From NCBI GenBank assembly GCA_963734895.1, contig CAVTIN010000001.1, positions 18,990-82,989 on the forward strand: DNA of 64,000 bases, written 5' to 3'. The position numbers were made by a program, and so were the translations under genes. The first letter of the stretch is position 1; every line of letters begins with the position of its first letter. The DNA is from an uncultured Chloroflexia bacterium (GTDB lineage Bacteria > Chloroflexota > Limnocylindria > Limnocylindrales > CSP1-4). Below the pieces are notes generated by a model that was not told the DNA's origin, made no database searches, and was given only the letters and a program-made list of their open reading frames with translations. Below are positions 9,144 through 18,697 of the stretch, piece after piece.

Positions 9144-10373
9144 ATGCCCGATCCCGCCGCCACCGGCCCGCTGGCCGGCATTCGCGTCGCCGACTGCTCC
9201 ACGGTCCTCGCCGGGCCGTACTGCACGATGCTCCTCGCCGACCTGGGTGCGGACGTCGTCAAGGTCGAACCTCCCGAAGGCGACGCGACGCGTGGCTGGG
9301 GGCCGCCGTGGGTCGGGGACGCGGCGTCGGGCACCAGGACCGCGGCCTATTACCTCTCGGTCAATCGCAACAAGCGATCGATCCGCCTGGATCTGCGGTC
9401 CGACGGCGGGCGGGAGGTCCTGGGACGTTTGGTGCGCTCGTCGGACGTGCTGGTCGAGAACTTCCGGGTCGGTGGTCTCCAGCGCCTGGGCTTCGGCGAG
9501 GAGGCCCTGCAGGCGCTCAATCCCGGGCTCGTCCACCTCGCGGTGTCTGGGTTCGGGCCGGACGGGCCCGACGCCGGCAAGCCGGGCTACGACTTCGTGA
9601 TCCAGGCGGTCGGCGGGCTGATGTCGATCACCGGCGGCCGCGACGAGGACGGCGGGCGACCGACGAAGGTGGGGGTCGCGATCAGCGATGTCGTCACCGG
9701 GCTGTTCGGAGCCGTGTCCGTCCTTGCCGGGCTGATCGGGCGCGGAAGGATCGGCGGGCGCGGCCAGCGGGTCGACGTGTCGCTGCTCGAATCGACGCTC
9801 GCCGTCCTCGTCAACCAGGCCCAGAACGCGTTCGTGACCGGGACGGCCCCGGGCCGGCTGGGCAACGGACATCCGACGATCGTCCCGTACGAGACGTTCG
9901 GGACGGCCGACGGCGAGCTCGCGGTCGCGGTCGGGAGCGAGCGCCAGTGGCCGCGATTGTGCGAGGCCGTCGGCAGGGCGGACCTGGCCGCGGACGCGAG
10001 GTTCGCGACCAACGGCGACCGCGTCGTCCATCGCGGCGAGCTGCGGCCGATCCTGGCCGAGCGGTTCAGCACCCGCCCCACGGCCGACTGGCTGGACATC
10101 CTCGACGCCGCGGAGGTCCCGTGCGGGCCGATCAACGACGTCGCGGCCGCGTTCGGTTCCGCGCAGGCGCGGGCGCGCGGGATGACGGTCGATGTCGAGC
10201 ATCCGGTCCTGGGCGCTGTGCGCCAGGTCGGGCTCCCGTTCCAGCTGTCCGAGACCCCGGCCTCCATCCGGCTGGCTCCGCCGATGCTGGGCGAGCACAC
10301 GGGCGAGATCCTCGCCGAGCTGGGTTACGGCATCGACGAGATCGCGGCGCTTGCTGCCGCCGGGGTCACCTGA
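9144..10373 (+). CDS. Family III CoA-transferase (CaiB/BaiF)
   Basis: LAGPYCTMLLADLGADVVKVE, NRNKRS, VENFR, GYDFVIQA, LGEHT motifs. Confidence 0.93.
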   Translation: MPDPAATGPLAGIRVADCSTVLAGPYCTMLLADLGADVVKVEPPEGDATRGWGPPWVGDAASGTRTAAYYLSVNRNKRSIRLDLRSDGGREVLGRLVRSSDVLVENFRVGGLQRLGFGEEALQALNPGLVHLAVSGFGPDGPDAGKPGYDFVIQAVGGLMSITGGRDEDGGRPTKVGVAISDVVTGLFGAVSVLAGLIGRGRIGGRGQRVDVSLLESTLAVLVNQAQNAFVTGTAPGRLGNGHPTIVPYETFGTADGELAVAVGSERQWPRLCEAVGRADLAADARFATNGDRVVHRGELRPILAERFSTRPTADWLDILDAAEVPCGPINDVAAAFGSAQARARGMTVDVEHPVLGAVRQVGLPFQLSETPASIRLAPPMLGEHTGEILAELGYGIDEIAALAAAGVT

Positions 10374-10375
10374 CG

Positions 10376-10819
10376 ATGGCACGCCGGCCGATCATCACGT
10401 ACCCGACCGGGCGCCTGCTCGCGGTCATCGATCAGCCCGATCAGGCACGGGAGGCGGCGCAGGCGTTGATCGCGGACGGCATCGCTGAGGGCGACATCAC
10501 GGTGCTCGCCGGGCCAGCCGATCGCGAGCGACTCGGGCGAGTGGGTCCGCGGTCATCATCCGGTTCGCGCATCGTGCGGGTGTTCCAGTTCCTGCTGATG
10601 GACCAGCTGCCGGACTTCCTCGTCTATGAGCGCGCCCTCGACAGCGGGCGTGCCGTGGTCGCCGTCCGGGTGACCGATCGGGCCACCATGCTCCGGGTCC
10701 AGGCGCGCCTCGAGGGCTTCGGCGCGCACTTCCTCAACCACTTCGGACGGCTGTTCACCGAGGAGCTGTCCCGCTGGCGCGGCGAGGAGCCCGACATCCC
10801 GAACGTGCTCCGCCGGTAG
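10376..10819 (+). CDS. Hypothetical protein
   Basis: ATG 2 nt after the upstream stop; protein-like composition and GC3-rich codons. Confidence 0.75.
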   Translation: MARRPIITYPTGRLLAVIDQPDQAREAAQALIADGIAEGDITVLAGPADRERLGRVGPRSSSGSRIVRVFQFLLMDQLPDFLVYERALDSGRAVVAVRVTDRATMLRVQARLEGFGAHFLNHFGRLFTEELSRWRGEEPDIPNVLRR

Positions 10820-10927
10820 GTCTGGAGGGTGAACCGGGGACGGCCGGCATGGCAGGCGGGCCAAGACCCGGGAACGAGGAAGCCGGCGGCCGCCCGGGGA
10901 TGGCGGTCGCCGGCTGGGACGGGATGT

Positions 10928-12046
10928 TCAGTTCAGGGGGTCGCCGTCGCCGGCCTGGAACAGGCCCACCGCGCCGTGCCCGACCAGGTTGAACGCGTGG
11001 GTGACGAAGGCGTAGACGCCGTCCTCCTGGGGGCTGAACTCGATGATCGCCGCCTGGGCGGGGCTGAGATCGACGGCCTGCGATCCCCATCCGGCGGCGT
11101 TCCCCCGCTTGAGCTCGATACCTTCCTTCTCCACGGTGTCGAAGATCGTGCCCACGACGTGGAACGAGCTGTCGAGGTTGGGCCCGACGTTGAGCACGAA
11201 CAGGCGGACGCGACCCTTGGTCGCGACCGGGATCGGGTTGTCCTTGTACTGGTTGGCGACCCCGTTGAACACGACGAAGTCGGGCGAGGCGGCAACCTCG
11301 TTGGCCTTCGCGTAGTCCGCCGGCTGGCCCTGCGCGCCGAGGTACCACTCGCTCTGGACGATCGTGAACTCGTTGTCGACCTTGGGCAGGCCGCCCTTGG
11401 GCTCGACGATCACCATCCCGAACATCCCGTTCGCGATGTGCCACAGGGTCGGCGCGGTGCCGCAGTGGTACATCCAGACGCCGGCGTAATCGGCCGTGAA
11501 CGTGTACGTGAACGTTTCGCCCGGCTTGATCTCGACCATCTGGTGGTTCATCGCCGTCTGGCTGGCGTGGAAGTCGATGGAGTGGCTCATCGGTGTCTTG
11601 TTGGTGAGGTGGACGTTGACGGTGTCACCGAGGTGGACCCGGATCGTCGGGCCGGGCACCGTTCCGCCGAACGTCCAGGTGTGGACGACGTATCCGTCGG
11701 CGACAGTGATGTCCTTCTCGATCATCGGGAAGTTGACGTCGTGCACCGAGCCTGGGAGCACCTTCGGCGCGACCGGATTGAACAATTCATACGCCGGCGC
11801 GTTCGGGTCGGGCGACGGAGTGACGCTGGTCGGTGCGGTGGACATGGCGGGCATCTCGGAGGTCGCAGGGGTCGCAGGGGTCGCCGCGGGTGCCGCGGGT
11901 GCCGCGGATGACACGGCCGCGACCGGCACCGCGGCGGGACCCGTGTCGGGCCCCCACGTCCAGGCGGGCTTCGCGGCGGAGCTGCAGGCCGCGGTGGTGA
12001 GGGAGAGCAGCGCGATCGCTGCGAGCAGGCGCCGGGTGCGGTCCAT
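10928..12046 (-). CDS. nirK: Copper-containing nitrite reductase, lipoprotein (AniA-like)
   Basis: HSIDFH, YHC, HIANGM, SSFHVVG, FVTH supply all type-1 and type-2 Cu ligands plus catalytic Asp and His; lipobox TAAC. Confidence 0.85.
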   Translation of the reverse strand: MDRTRRLLAAIALLSLTTAACSSAAKPAWTWGPDTGPAAVPVAAVSSAAPAAPAATPATPATSEMPAMSTAPTSVTPSPDPNAPAYELFNPVAPKVLPGSVHDVNFPMIEKDITVADGYVVHTWTFGGTVPGPTIRVHLGDTVNVHLTNKTPMSHSIDFHASQTAMNHQMVEIKPGETFTYTFTADYAGVWMYHCGTAPTLWHIANGMFGMVIVEPKGGLPKVDNEFTIVQSEWYLGAQGQPADYAKANEVAASPDFVVFNGVANQYKDNPIPVATKGRVRLFVLNVGPNLDSSFHVVGTIFDTVEKEGIELKRGNAAGWGSQAVDLSPAQAAIIEFSPQEDGVYAFVTHAFNLVGHGAVGLFQAGDGDPLN

Positions 12047-12144
12047 GTCCGATCCTTTCCATGGTCCCGGGTCGTTCCCCGTCCCGGGCCGGCCTCACCG
12101 CTCCCTTGCGTCCCATGGCGCCTGGTCTTCGCGGTGCGCGTGGC

Positions 12145-12169
12145 AACTATCAGTAACTTACTATGTGTT
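12145..12169. promoter_or_regulatory. Candidate operator in the divergent nirK promoter
   Basis: AT-rich imperfect 12-1-12 palindrome AACTATCAGTAA-C-TTACTATGTGTT. Confidence 0.45.
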
Positions 12170-12176
12170 TGTGAAG

Positions 12177-13472
12177 ATGACAATGCGCCCGAATACTGAG
12201 GGCCGACCGGCTCCCGGAGGCCTGCAGCCCCGGCCGCCGTCAGGTCCCCGGCGCGCGGACGACCGCCGGGTCGCCGTGGGAGCCGTGCTGGTCGCGGCCG
12301 CGTTCCTCGCCGCAGCGGGCCTTGCGGTGCTCCGCGAGGCCGTGGCCGGCGGCTCGGTCGCATCGTGGCTGCCGCTGCACCTCGCGCTCGCCGGCGGCGC
12401 GTCCACCGCGATCGCGGGGGTCATGCCGTTCTTCGTGGCGGCGCTGTCCGCCGGGCACCCGGCGAACGCCCGCGTGCGGGCCGGGGCGCTCGTCCTCGTC
12501 GCGTCGGGTGCCGTGCTGGTCGCCGTCCGCGGCCTCGTCCCTGCCTGGACCGCGCTGCCGCCCCTGGGCGGCCTGGTCTACCTCGCCGGGATCGGTCTCA
12601 CGGCGGTCGCCCTGCACGGCGCGGGCCGTTCGGGCCTGATGGTGCGCCGGCCGGTCGTCACGCTGGCGTACGAGCTCGCCCTGGTGAACGTGGCCATCGG
12701 AGCAACGCTGGGCACGCTGTTCGTGGCCGGCTGGTTGCCGGTGCTCGAGCGATGGGCGCTGCTCAAGCCCGCGCACGCCTGGACCAACCTCGTCGGGTTC
12801 GTGTCGCTGGTGATCGTGGGCACGCTCCTGCACTTCCTGCCGACCGTTCTGGGAACGCGGATCGTGCCCCGGGCGAGTGCGATCGTGGCCGTGCTCGGGA
12901 TCGCGATGGGTTCTCCCGCGGTCGTGCTGGGGCTCGGCCTCGATGCCGGTCCGCTCGTTCGCGCCGGCGCGATGCTGACCGCCATCGGCGTCGGCGCGCT
13001 GGGGCTCGAGGCCGCGCGGGTGACTCGGGCGCGCGGCCGGTGGACGACCGATCCCGGCTGGCATCGCCTGACCGCGATCGGGCTGCTGGCCGGCATCGCA
13101 TGGTTCACGGCAGGCATGGCGGTTGCCATCGGCCGGATGCTCGTGCGCGGGTCAACGTCCGACGCCTGGTCGACGACGCTCGTGATTGCGCCGCTCGCAA
13201 TCGGCTGGGTCTCGCAGGTGCTCATCGCGTCCTGGACGCATCTCCTGCCCGCGATCGGACCGGGCGGTCCCGCTGGTCACGCCGTGCGGCGGGTGATCCT
13301 CGGTCGTGCGGCCACCCCACGCCTGCTGGCGCTCAACGCCGGGACCGCGCTGCTCGCGATCGGCTGGCCGTTGGGTCTCGGGCCCGTGGCTGGAGCTGGA
13401 GCGGTGCTCGCGGCGAGCTCGTTGCTCGCGAGCGTCGGGCTCGCGATCCGGGCGCTGCGCAACGACGCCTGA
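12177..13472 (+). CDS. Polytopic membrane protein with conserved His (NnrS/heme-copper-like, NirK-associated)
   Basis: About 12 hydrophobic segments; WLPLHL, AHAWTNLVG, LHFLPTVLGTR, WTHLLP; start could be 12177 or 12183. Confidence 0.7.
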   Translation: MTMRPNTEGRPAPGGLQPRPPSGPRRADDRRVAVGAVLVAAAFLAAAGLAVLREAVAGGSVASWLPLHLALAGGASTAIAGVMPFFVAALSAGHPANARVRAGALVLVASGAVLVAVRGLVPAWTALPPLGGLVYLAGIGLTAVALHGAGRSGLMVRRPVVTLAYELALVNVAIGATLGTLFVAGWLPVLERWALLKPAHAWTNLVGFVSLVIVGTLLHFLPTVLGTRIVPRASAIVAVLGIAMGSPAVVLGLGLDAGPLVRAGAMLTAIGVGALGLEAARVTRARGRWTTDPGWHRLTAIGLLAGIAWFTAGMAVAIGRMLVRGSTSDAWSTTLVIAPLAIGWVSQVLIASWTHLLPAIGPGGPAGHAVRRVILGRAATPRLLALNAGTALLAIGWPLGLGPVAGAGAVLAASSLLASVGLAIRALRNDA

Positions 13473-13789
13473 TCAAGGCAGTGCGCCCGGCTCATCCAGC
13501 GGCACGGCCGACGCCGGCGGAGCGCCTCTCGCACCTCGCGACGACGGCGCTCCGACCGGCGGCCAGCGACGCATTCCCCGTCGCGGATCGCTGAAATATG
13601 CTGCAAGTCAGCTTGCGCTCCGGAGCCGTCGCCCAGCGTTGTATCCCGCGGCCGTGCTGTCATGACGTCTCGTCATCTCGTGCGCTGACGTGACGAGGAC
13701 CCGAACCCGACCGAACGGACCCACCCCCCGCAGGCAGGTGGTTGATCCAGAGACGTTCGTTCAGCAGGTGCGCTGGTCCGCCGGGCTGC

Positions 13790-14611
13790 TCAGTCGACTG
13801 GACGGTCGACCTCGAGCTCCGCGCTGGCCCAGCCCCTGTTCGTAAACGTCGGGATGAACCGGTAACCCTGACCCGGAACTGTCGCGATGAAGCGCGGATG
13901 CCGATAGTCGTTCTGTAGCTTGATCCGCAGGCTCCGGATGTGGCGGTCCACCAGGTTGCTCTCGGCGACGAAGTCCGTGCCCCAGACGGAGTCGAGGATC
14001 TCATCCCGGGTGACGATCTGACCGGCGCGGCTCGCGAGCAGATACAGGAGGCTCTGCTCGATCCCGGTCAGGTACGCGACCGAATGGCCGGCGTGGACCT
14101 GGCGGCTGAGGATGTCGATCTCGATCTCACCGAGCCGGATCGTGGGCACGATCGGCCGGTCCATGCCCGTTGCCCGCCGGGTGATGACGATGGACCGGGC
14201 GAGCAGCTCTTCGGGCGAGAACGGCATGGTGAGGATGTCGTCCACGCCGAGCTCGAACGCCCGGAGCTTCGTCTTGAGATCGCCGCGGCGGGTGAGTCCC
14301 AGCGCCGGAGTTGTCCGCCCCACCAGGCGATTCGCGGCGCCCAGCCGCCCGAGCAGCGCGTCGCCGTCATCGTGATCCATGTCGATCACGGCGAGATCCG
14401 GACGCCAGTCCGCCAGGATCGTCTCGGCCTCGGCGAGGTGCCTCGCAGCCCGAACCACGAACAGGCCATGGTTCAGCGTCAGCTCGATGAGGTCCACGAC
14501 GAGCTGACGGTCGTGGAGAACGAGCGCACGGCGCGCCTCAGCGCTGGCTGGGGCCGCCTGGACTTCTGACACCGCTGATTCCCCCACACTGAGTGAAGGA
14601 GATTGTCTCAC
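13790..14611 (-). CDS. OmpR-family response regulator with atypical receiver domain
   Basis: Winged-helix motifs SNLVDRHIRSLRIKL and IATVPGQGYRF; receiver has TMPF instead of TKPF; start may be GTG 14572. Confidence 0.9.
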   Translation of the reverse strand: MRQSPSLSVGESAVSEVQAAPASAEARRALVLHDRQLVVDLIELTLNHGLFVVRAARHLAEAETILADWRPDLAVIDMDHDDGDALLGRLGAANRLVGRTTPALGLTRRGDLKTKLRAFELGVDDILTMPFSPEELLARSIVITRRATGMDRPIVPTIRLGEIEIDILSRQVHAGHSVAYLTGIEQSLLYLLASRAGQIVTRDEILDSVWGTDFVAESNLVDRHIRSLRIKLQNDYRHPRFIATVPGQGYRFIPTFTNRGWASAELEVDRPVD

Positions 14612-14651
14612 ATGGAGCGAGCGTCACCCGGGGCCACCACGCGGAGCCGGC

Positions 14652-15629
14652 TTACGGAACGAAGGACCCGCGCCGGTCCGCGCCGACGCGCATCCATCGC
14701 GGCCAGCGATCCCCCTCGCCGAAGATGACCGCCAGGACGACGAGCAGGATTGCAGTGACCGGGAGGATGGATGAGCCATCCTGGCTGCGCACCGCGTCCG
14801 TCGCCGCCGATCGGATCGGCGTGACGTGCCGAGTGCCGGAGGACAGGGTGCCCTGGCTGGGCGCCGAGCACCTGGACAGGGTGATCGTGTCGCTGTCCAT
14901 CGATACCTGGCTGTTCCGGGCGAGCGCCCGGCCGGTCACGGTCACGCCGGCATCCATCGTGATGGACGTGAGGGCCAGGATCGTTCCCGCGAAGGTGGAC
15001 CCGGAGCCGAGCGTCGCCGAGCCCGCGACCTGCCAGAAGACGTTGCAGGCATTGGCGCCATTGACGAGCTGCACCGAGCTCGACGGTGCCGTGACCAGGT
15101 CGGATGTCGCCTGGAAGATCCACACGGCGCTGGGGTCGTTCTGGCCGTCGAGCGTGAGTCCGCCCGTCAGGTCGAGCGTGACCCCGCCGGCGGTGTAGAC
15201 GCCCGCGGGGAGGGTCAGCCCGCCGAGCACCCCCTGGGTCGTCGTCGCGGGCTGGCCGGCGGCGTCGGCGTAGGCGGTGGCGAGGTCGTCCTGGGCCTGG
15301 CGGGCAATCGCGTCGGCCCGGTGGATCGTCCCGCTCACCGTGCCGGATGGAAACCCGGCCACGGTCGGAGACGGGCCTACCCCGAGGTCACCGGTGACGA
15401 TCGTCGTTCCGGTGGTGATCACCGCCGGGGTGCCCCCGAGCACCGCGAACGACGCGGCGGTGCCGAGCCCGACCGCCGTCGGGCCAGCGGTCGGCGTCGT
15501 GGCCCCCAGCTCGACCGCCGTCGGGCCCGCGGCGAGCGCCGTCTGGCCTGCCAGGAGCGTGCCGGCCGCGAGCACGGTGGCCATGCCTGCCGTGCGCAGG
15601 AGCCTGTTTGGGCCGATCCGCATGTTCAT
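14652..15629 (-). CDS. DUF3494 ice-binding family protein, secreted, with C-terminal TM anchor
   Basis: SFAVLGG, AQDDLATAY, LGGLTLPAGVY, WIFQ, VFWQVAGSATLG motifs; signal peptide ending ALA. Confidence 0.9.
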   Translation of the reverse strand: MNMRIGPNRLLRTAGMATVLAAGTLLAGQTALAAGPTAVELGATTPTAGPTAVGLGTAASFAVLGGTPAVITTGTTIVTGDLGVGPSPTVAGFPSGTVSGTIHRADAIARQAQDDLATAYADAAGQPATTTQGVLGGLTLPAGVYTAGGVTLDLTGGLTLDGQNDPSAVWIFQATSDLVTAPSSSVQLVNGANACNVFWQVAGSATLGSGSTFAGTILALTSITMDAGVTVTGRALARNSQVSMDSDTITLSRCSAPSQGTLSSGTRHVTPIRSAATDAVRSQDGSSILPVTAILLVVLAVIFGEGDRWPRWMRVGADRRGSFVP

Positions 15630-15884
15630 CGTTGGTGAGCCTCGGTTTCACGCCGCCGCGCGCCAGCCCGCAGGCGGTCCATCTCCCATGACCGAGGGCG
15701 ATGGTGCGGCCAGCGCGTTCGACAACGGCTCCTTCAGCGGGGCGAATCGGGCGCAAGTCTCTACCGGAGCCCATGAGGAACACGGCCAGTCTCCGGCTCG
15801 GAGGGCGCCACGTCATGACGACCCGTCATCCGGCAGCGCGGCCCGCGGCGAGGGGCCGGGCGAGCGCAGCGGTGCGGTCGCGCG

Positions 15885-16328
15885 TCAGTCCGGGCTGCTT
15901 GTCCCCCGGGCCCCGGCCGTGGCGGGCGCCGCGAGCTCGCCGAGCGTTGACGCCGCGAACGTCCCGCGCAGCGCCTCCTGCCCGGCGAAGAACACGTCGT
16001 GGACGTCGCAGGTCCCGTCCACGCCGCACGGGCCGCCACGCAGCACGCAGTCGCGGCGCCGAGTGTCACCCTCGACGGCCTCGATCACGTCGAGCAGGCT
16101 GATGTCATCGGCATTGCGAGCCAGGCGATAGCCGCCGGATCGCCCCGGGGCGGCCTCGACCAGTCCCGCACGCTGCAGGTCGGCGAGGACCTGGGGCAGG
16201 AAGCGGACCGGGATCGACATCGCGTCTGCGATCCGACGTGCGGAGAGCAGGCCGCTGCCCGAACCCCTGGCCAGCGCGAGCATGGCCCGGACCGCGTAGT
16301 CACCACGCTTCGTCAGCTCGAGACGCAT
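15885..16328 (-). CDS. Rrf2-family transcriptional regulator with three Cys (Fe-S type)
   Basis: DYAVRAM, GRSGGYRLA, ISLLDVIEAVEG, C-x6-C-x5-C. Confidence 0.92.
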   Translation of the reverse strand: MRLELTKRGDYAVRAMLALARGSGSGLLSARRIADAMSIPVRFLPQVLADLQRAGLVEAAPGRSGGYRLARNADDISLLDVIEAVEGDTRRRDCVLRGGPCGVDGTCDVHDVFFAGQEALRGTFAASTLGELAAPATAGARGTSSPD

Positions 16329-16521
16329 CGCCCGAGTATGCGTCGGAACGGCAACCGTTGCCCGCGCGGGGCCCGAGCGGCTGGAGCGCGCGCGGCGGGG
16401 CCCGCGACGGCAACCGGCTCGGCGCGAGCGACCCGCCACCGCCCGGCCTGGTTCGCCGCGATCGGCCCGCAAACCGCCCGAGCCGCCGGGTCGGCCCACG
16501 ATCACCCGGTAGACTCACCCA

Positions 16522-17535
16522 ATGCCCCGCTTCACCTACGGCGGTCAGGCGCTCATCGAAGGCGTCATGATGCGCGGTCGCGACGCCATCGCGGTCGCCC
16601 TGCGCCATCCCGACGGCCGGATCGTGTTCTCGACCGAGCGCCTCGATTCCGGGTTCCACGGCAACCGCGTCTCGCGCTGGCCGTTCGTCCGCGGGCTGGT
16701 GGTCCTGTACGAGACGCTGGTCGTCGGGACCCGCTGGCTCATCCGATCGGCCGGGCTGCAGGCGGAGGAGGAGGGGGTCGAGATCGGCCGCGGCGCGGTC
16801 GCCCTGATGCTGGGAGTCACGGCCGTCGTCGGCGTCGGCCTGTTCTTCATCCTGCCGCTGGTCATCGCGACGTTCACCGCCGGCAGCATCGACAACGGCC
16901 TCGTCCAGCACCTCGTCGAGGGGCTGGTGCGGGTCATCATCTTCCTCGGCTACCTCGTCCTGATCTCGCGCACGCCCGACATCGCGCGCGTGTTCCAGTA
17001 CCACGGCGCCGAGCACATGACGATCCACGCCCTGGAGCACGACGACCCGCTGGTTCCGTCCGAGATCCGCAAGTACCCGACGGCCCACCCCCGCTGCGGC
17101 ACGGAGTTCCTGGTCGTCGTGATCATGCTGTCGATCCTCGCGTTCAGCCTGGTCGGCAGGCAGTCGCCGCTGGTCATGGTGGGCAGCCGGATCCTGCTGA
17201 TCCCGGTGATCGCTGCCGTCGGCTACGAGCTGCTGCGCCTCGGTGCCCGCCACCGGGCCAACCCGGTGGTCCGCGTGATCATGTGGCCCGGCATCCTCGT
17301 CCAGATGATCACGACCAAGCAGCCGACCGACGACATGATCGAGGTCGCGGTCGTGTCGATGGAGGAAGCGCTCCGCGCCGACGGGGAGACGGTGCCGCCC
17401 GGCGGCCTCGACCTCGAGCGGTTCCCGATGCCGCTGCCCGGGGAGACCGCCGCCGGGGTGCGCGCGGCCGCGGCTGCCGCGGTCGAGGGCGAGACGGCCG
17501 CGCCGGTTTCGGTCGACCCGCCGCTCCCCGGCTGA
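16522..17535 (+). CDS. DUF1385 membrane protein
   Basis: GGQALIEGVMMR, FQYHGAEH, HPRCGT motifs; usual position upstream of prfA. Confidence 0.92.
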   Translation: MPRFTYGGQALIEGVMMRGRDAIAVALRHPDGRIVFSTERLDSGFHGNRVSRWPFVRGLVVLYETLVVGTRWLIRSAGLQAEEEGVEIGRGAVALMLGVTAVVGVGLFFILPLVIATFTAGSIDNGLVQHLVEGLVRVIIFLGYLVLISRTPDIARVFQYHGAEHMTIHALEHDDPLVPSEIRKYPTAHPRCGTEFLVVVIMLSILAFSLVGRQSPLVMVGSRILLIPVIAAVGYELLRLGARHRANPVVRVIMWPGILVQMITTKQPTDDMIEVAVVSMEEALRADGETVPPGGLDLERFPMPLPGETAAGVRAAAAAAVEGETAAPVSVDPPLPG

Positions 17536-17556
17536 GCCGGATCGGAACGACCCGGA

Positions 17557-18687
17557 ATGTCCGATATCGACAGCCTCGACACCAAGCTTGCCGGCGTGGC
17601 GCGCCAGTACGACGACGTCACGGCGCGGCTCGGCACCCCGGAGGTGCATTCGGATCCGGCCCAGCTTCGGACGCTCGGTCGCGAGCTGGCGCGCCTGGAG
17701 CCGGTCGTTGCCGCGTACCGCGAGCTGCTCGACGTCCGCGAGCAGCTGGCCGGCGCGCGCGAGATGCGCGACGCCGAGACCGAAGAGGACCTCAAGGCGA
17801 TGGCGCGCGAGGAGATCGCCGAGCTCGAGGCGCGCGAGACGGGCCTGGTCGAGGACCTCAAGGTGTCGCTGCTGCCGCGCGACCCCAACGACGACCGCAA
17901 CGTGATCGTGGAGATCCGGGCCGGCGCCGGCGGCGAGGAGGCGGCGCTGTTCGCGGCGGAGCTCCTGCGCATGTATACGCGCTACGCACTGGAGCACCGC
18001 TTCCATGCCGACCTGATGAGCCTCAACGAGACCGGCATCGGCGGGATCAAGGAGGCGTTCCTGGAGGTGACCGGGGACGGCGCCTACAGCCGGCTCAAGT
18101 TCGAGGGCGGCGTGCATCGCGTGCAGCGGGTCCCGTCGACCGAATCGAGTGGGCGGATCCACACCAGCACGGCGACGGTCATCGTGATGCCGGAGGCCGA
18201 CGAGGTCGAAGTCGATATCGACGAGGAGAAGGACCTCCGGATCGACGTCAAGCGGTCCAGCGGACCCGGCGGCCAGTCGGTGAACACGACCGACTCCGCG
18301 GTCCGGATCACGCACCTCCCGACCGGCCTGGTGGTCGAGATCCAGGACGAGAAGAGCCAGCACAAGAACAAGGCCAAGGCGCTCGCCGTGCTCCGTTCGC
18401 GCCTGTACGACCTCGAGCTCGCGAAGCAGCGCGAGCGCGAGAGCGCCGAGCGGCGGACCATGGTCGGGGCCGGGGATCGGTCCGAGAAGATCCGGACCTA
18501 CAACTTCCCCGACAACCGGGTCACCGACCACCGGATCGGGGTGACGATCCACAACGTGCCCGGCGTGCTCGAGGGCCAGCTCGACCCGCTGATCGATGCG
18601 CTCGTGATGGCGGACCAGGCCGATCGCCTCCGGCATCTCACGGGGCCTGTCGCCGGCGCGAGCGCCGTCGCGTCCGCCCGAACCTGA
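17557..18687 (+). CDS. prfA: Peptide chain release factor 1
   Basis: GGQ motif, PxT (VPST) motif, [10 protein letters not shown]. Confidence 0.97.
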   Translation: MSDIDSLDTKLAGVARQYDDVTARLGTPEVHSDPAQLRTLGRELARLEPVVAAYRELLDVREQLAGAREMRDAETEEDLKAMAREEIAELEARETGLVEDLKVSLLPRDPNDDRNVIVEIRAGAGGEEAALFAAELLRMYTRYALEHRFHADLMSLNETGIGGIKEAFLEVTGDGAYSRLKFEGGVHRVQRVPSTESSGRIHTSTATVIVMPEADEVEVDIDEEKDLRIDVKRSSGPGGQSVNTTDSAVRITHLPTGLVVEIQDEKSQHKNKAKALAVLRSRLYDLELAKQRERESAERRTMVGAGDRSEKIRTYNFPDNRVTDHRIGVTIHNVPGVLEGQLDPLIDALVMADQADRLRHLTGPVAGASAVASART

Positions 18688-18697
18688 GGCAGCGCCC

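Noticed and set aside
13586-13740. c-di-AMP (ydaO) riboswitch resemblance (ATCGCTGAA...CCCGAACCCGAC)
   Set aside because: Lacks the GGGG-AAUC, UAGGG and CAGCUAAC core elements and has no downstream gene on that strand
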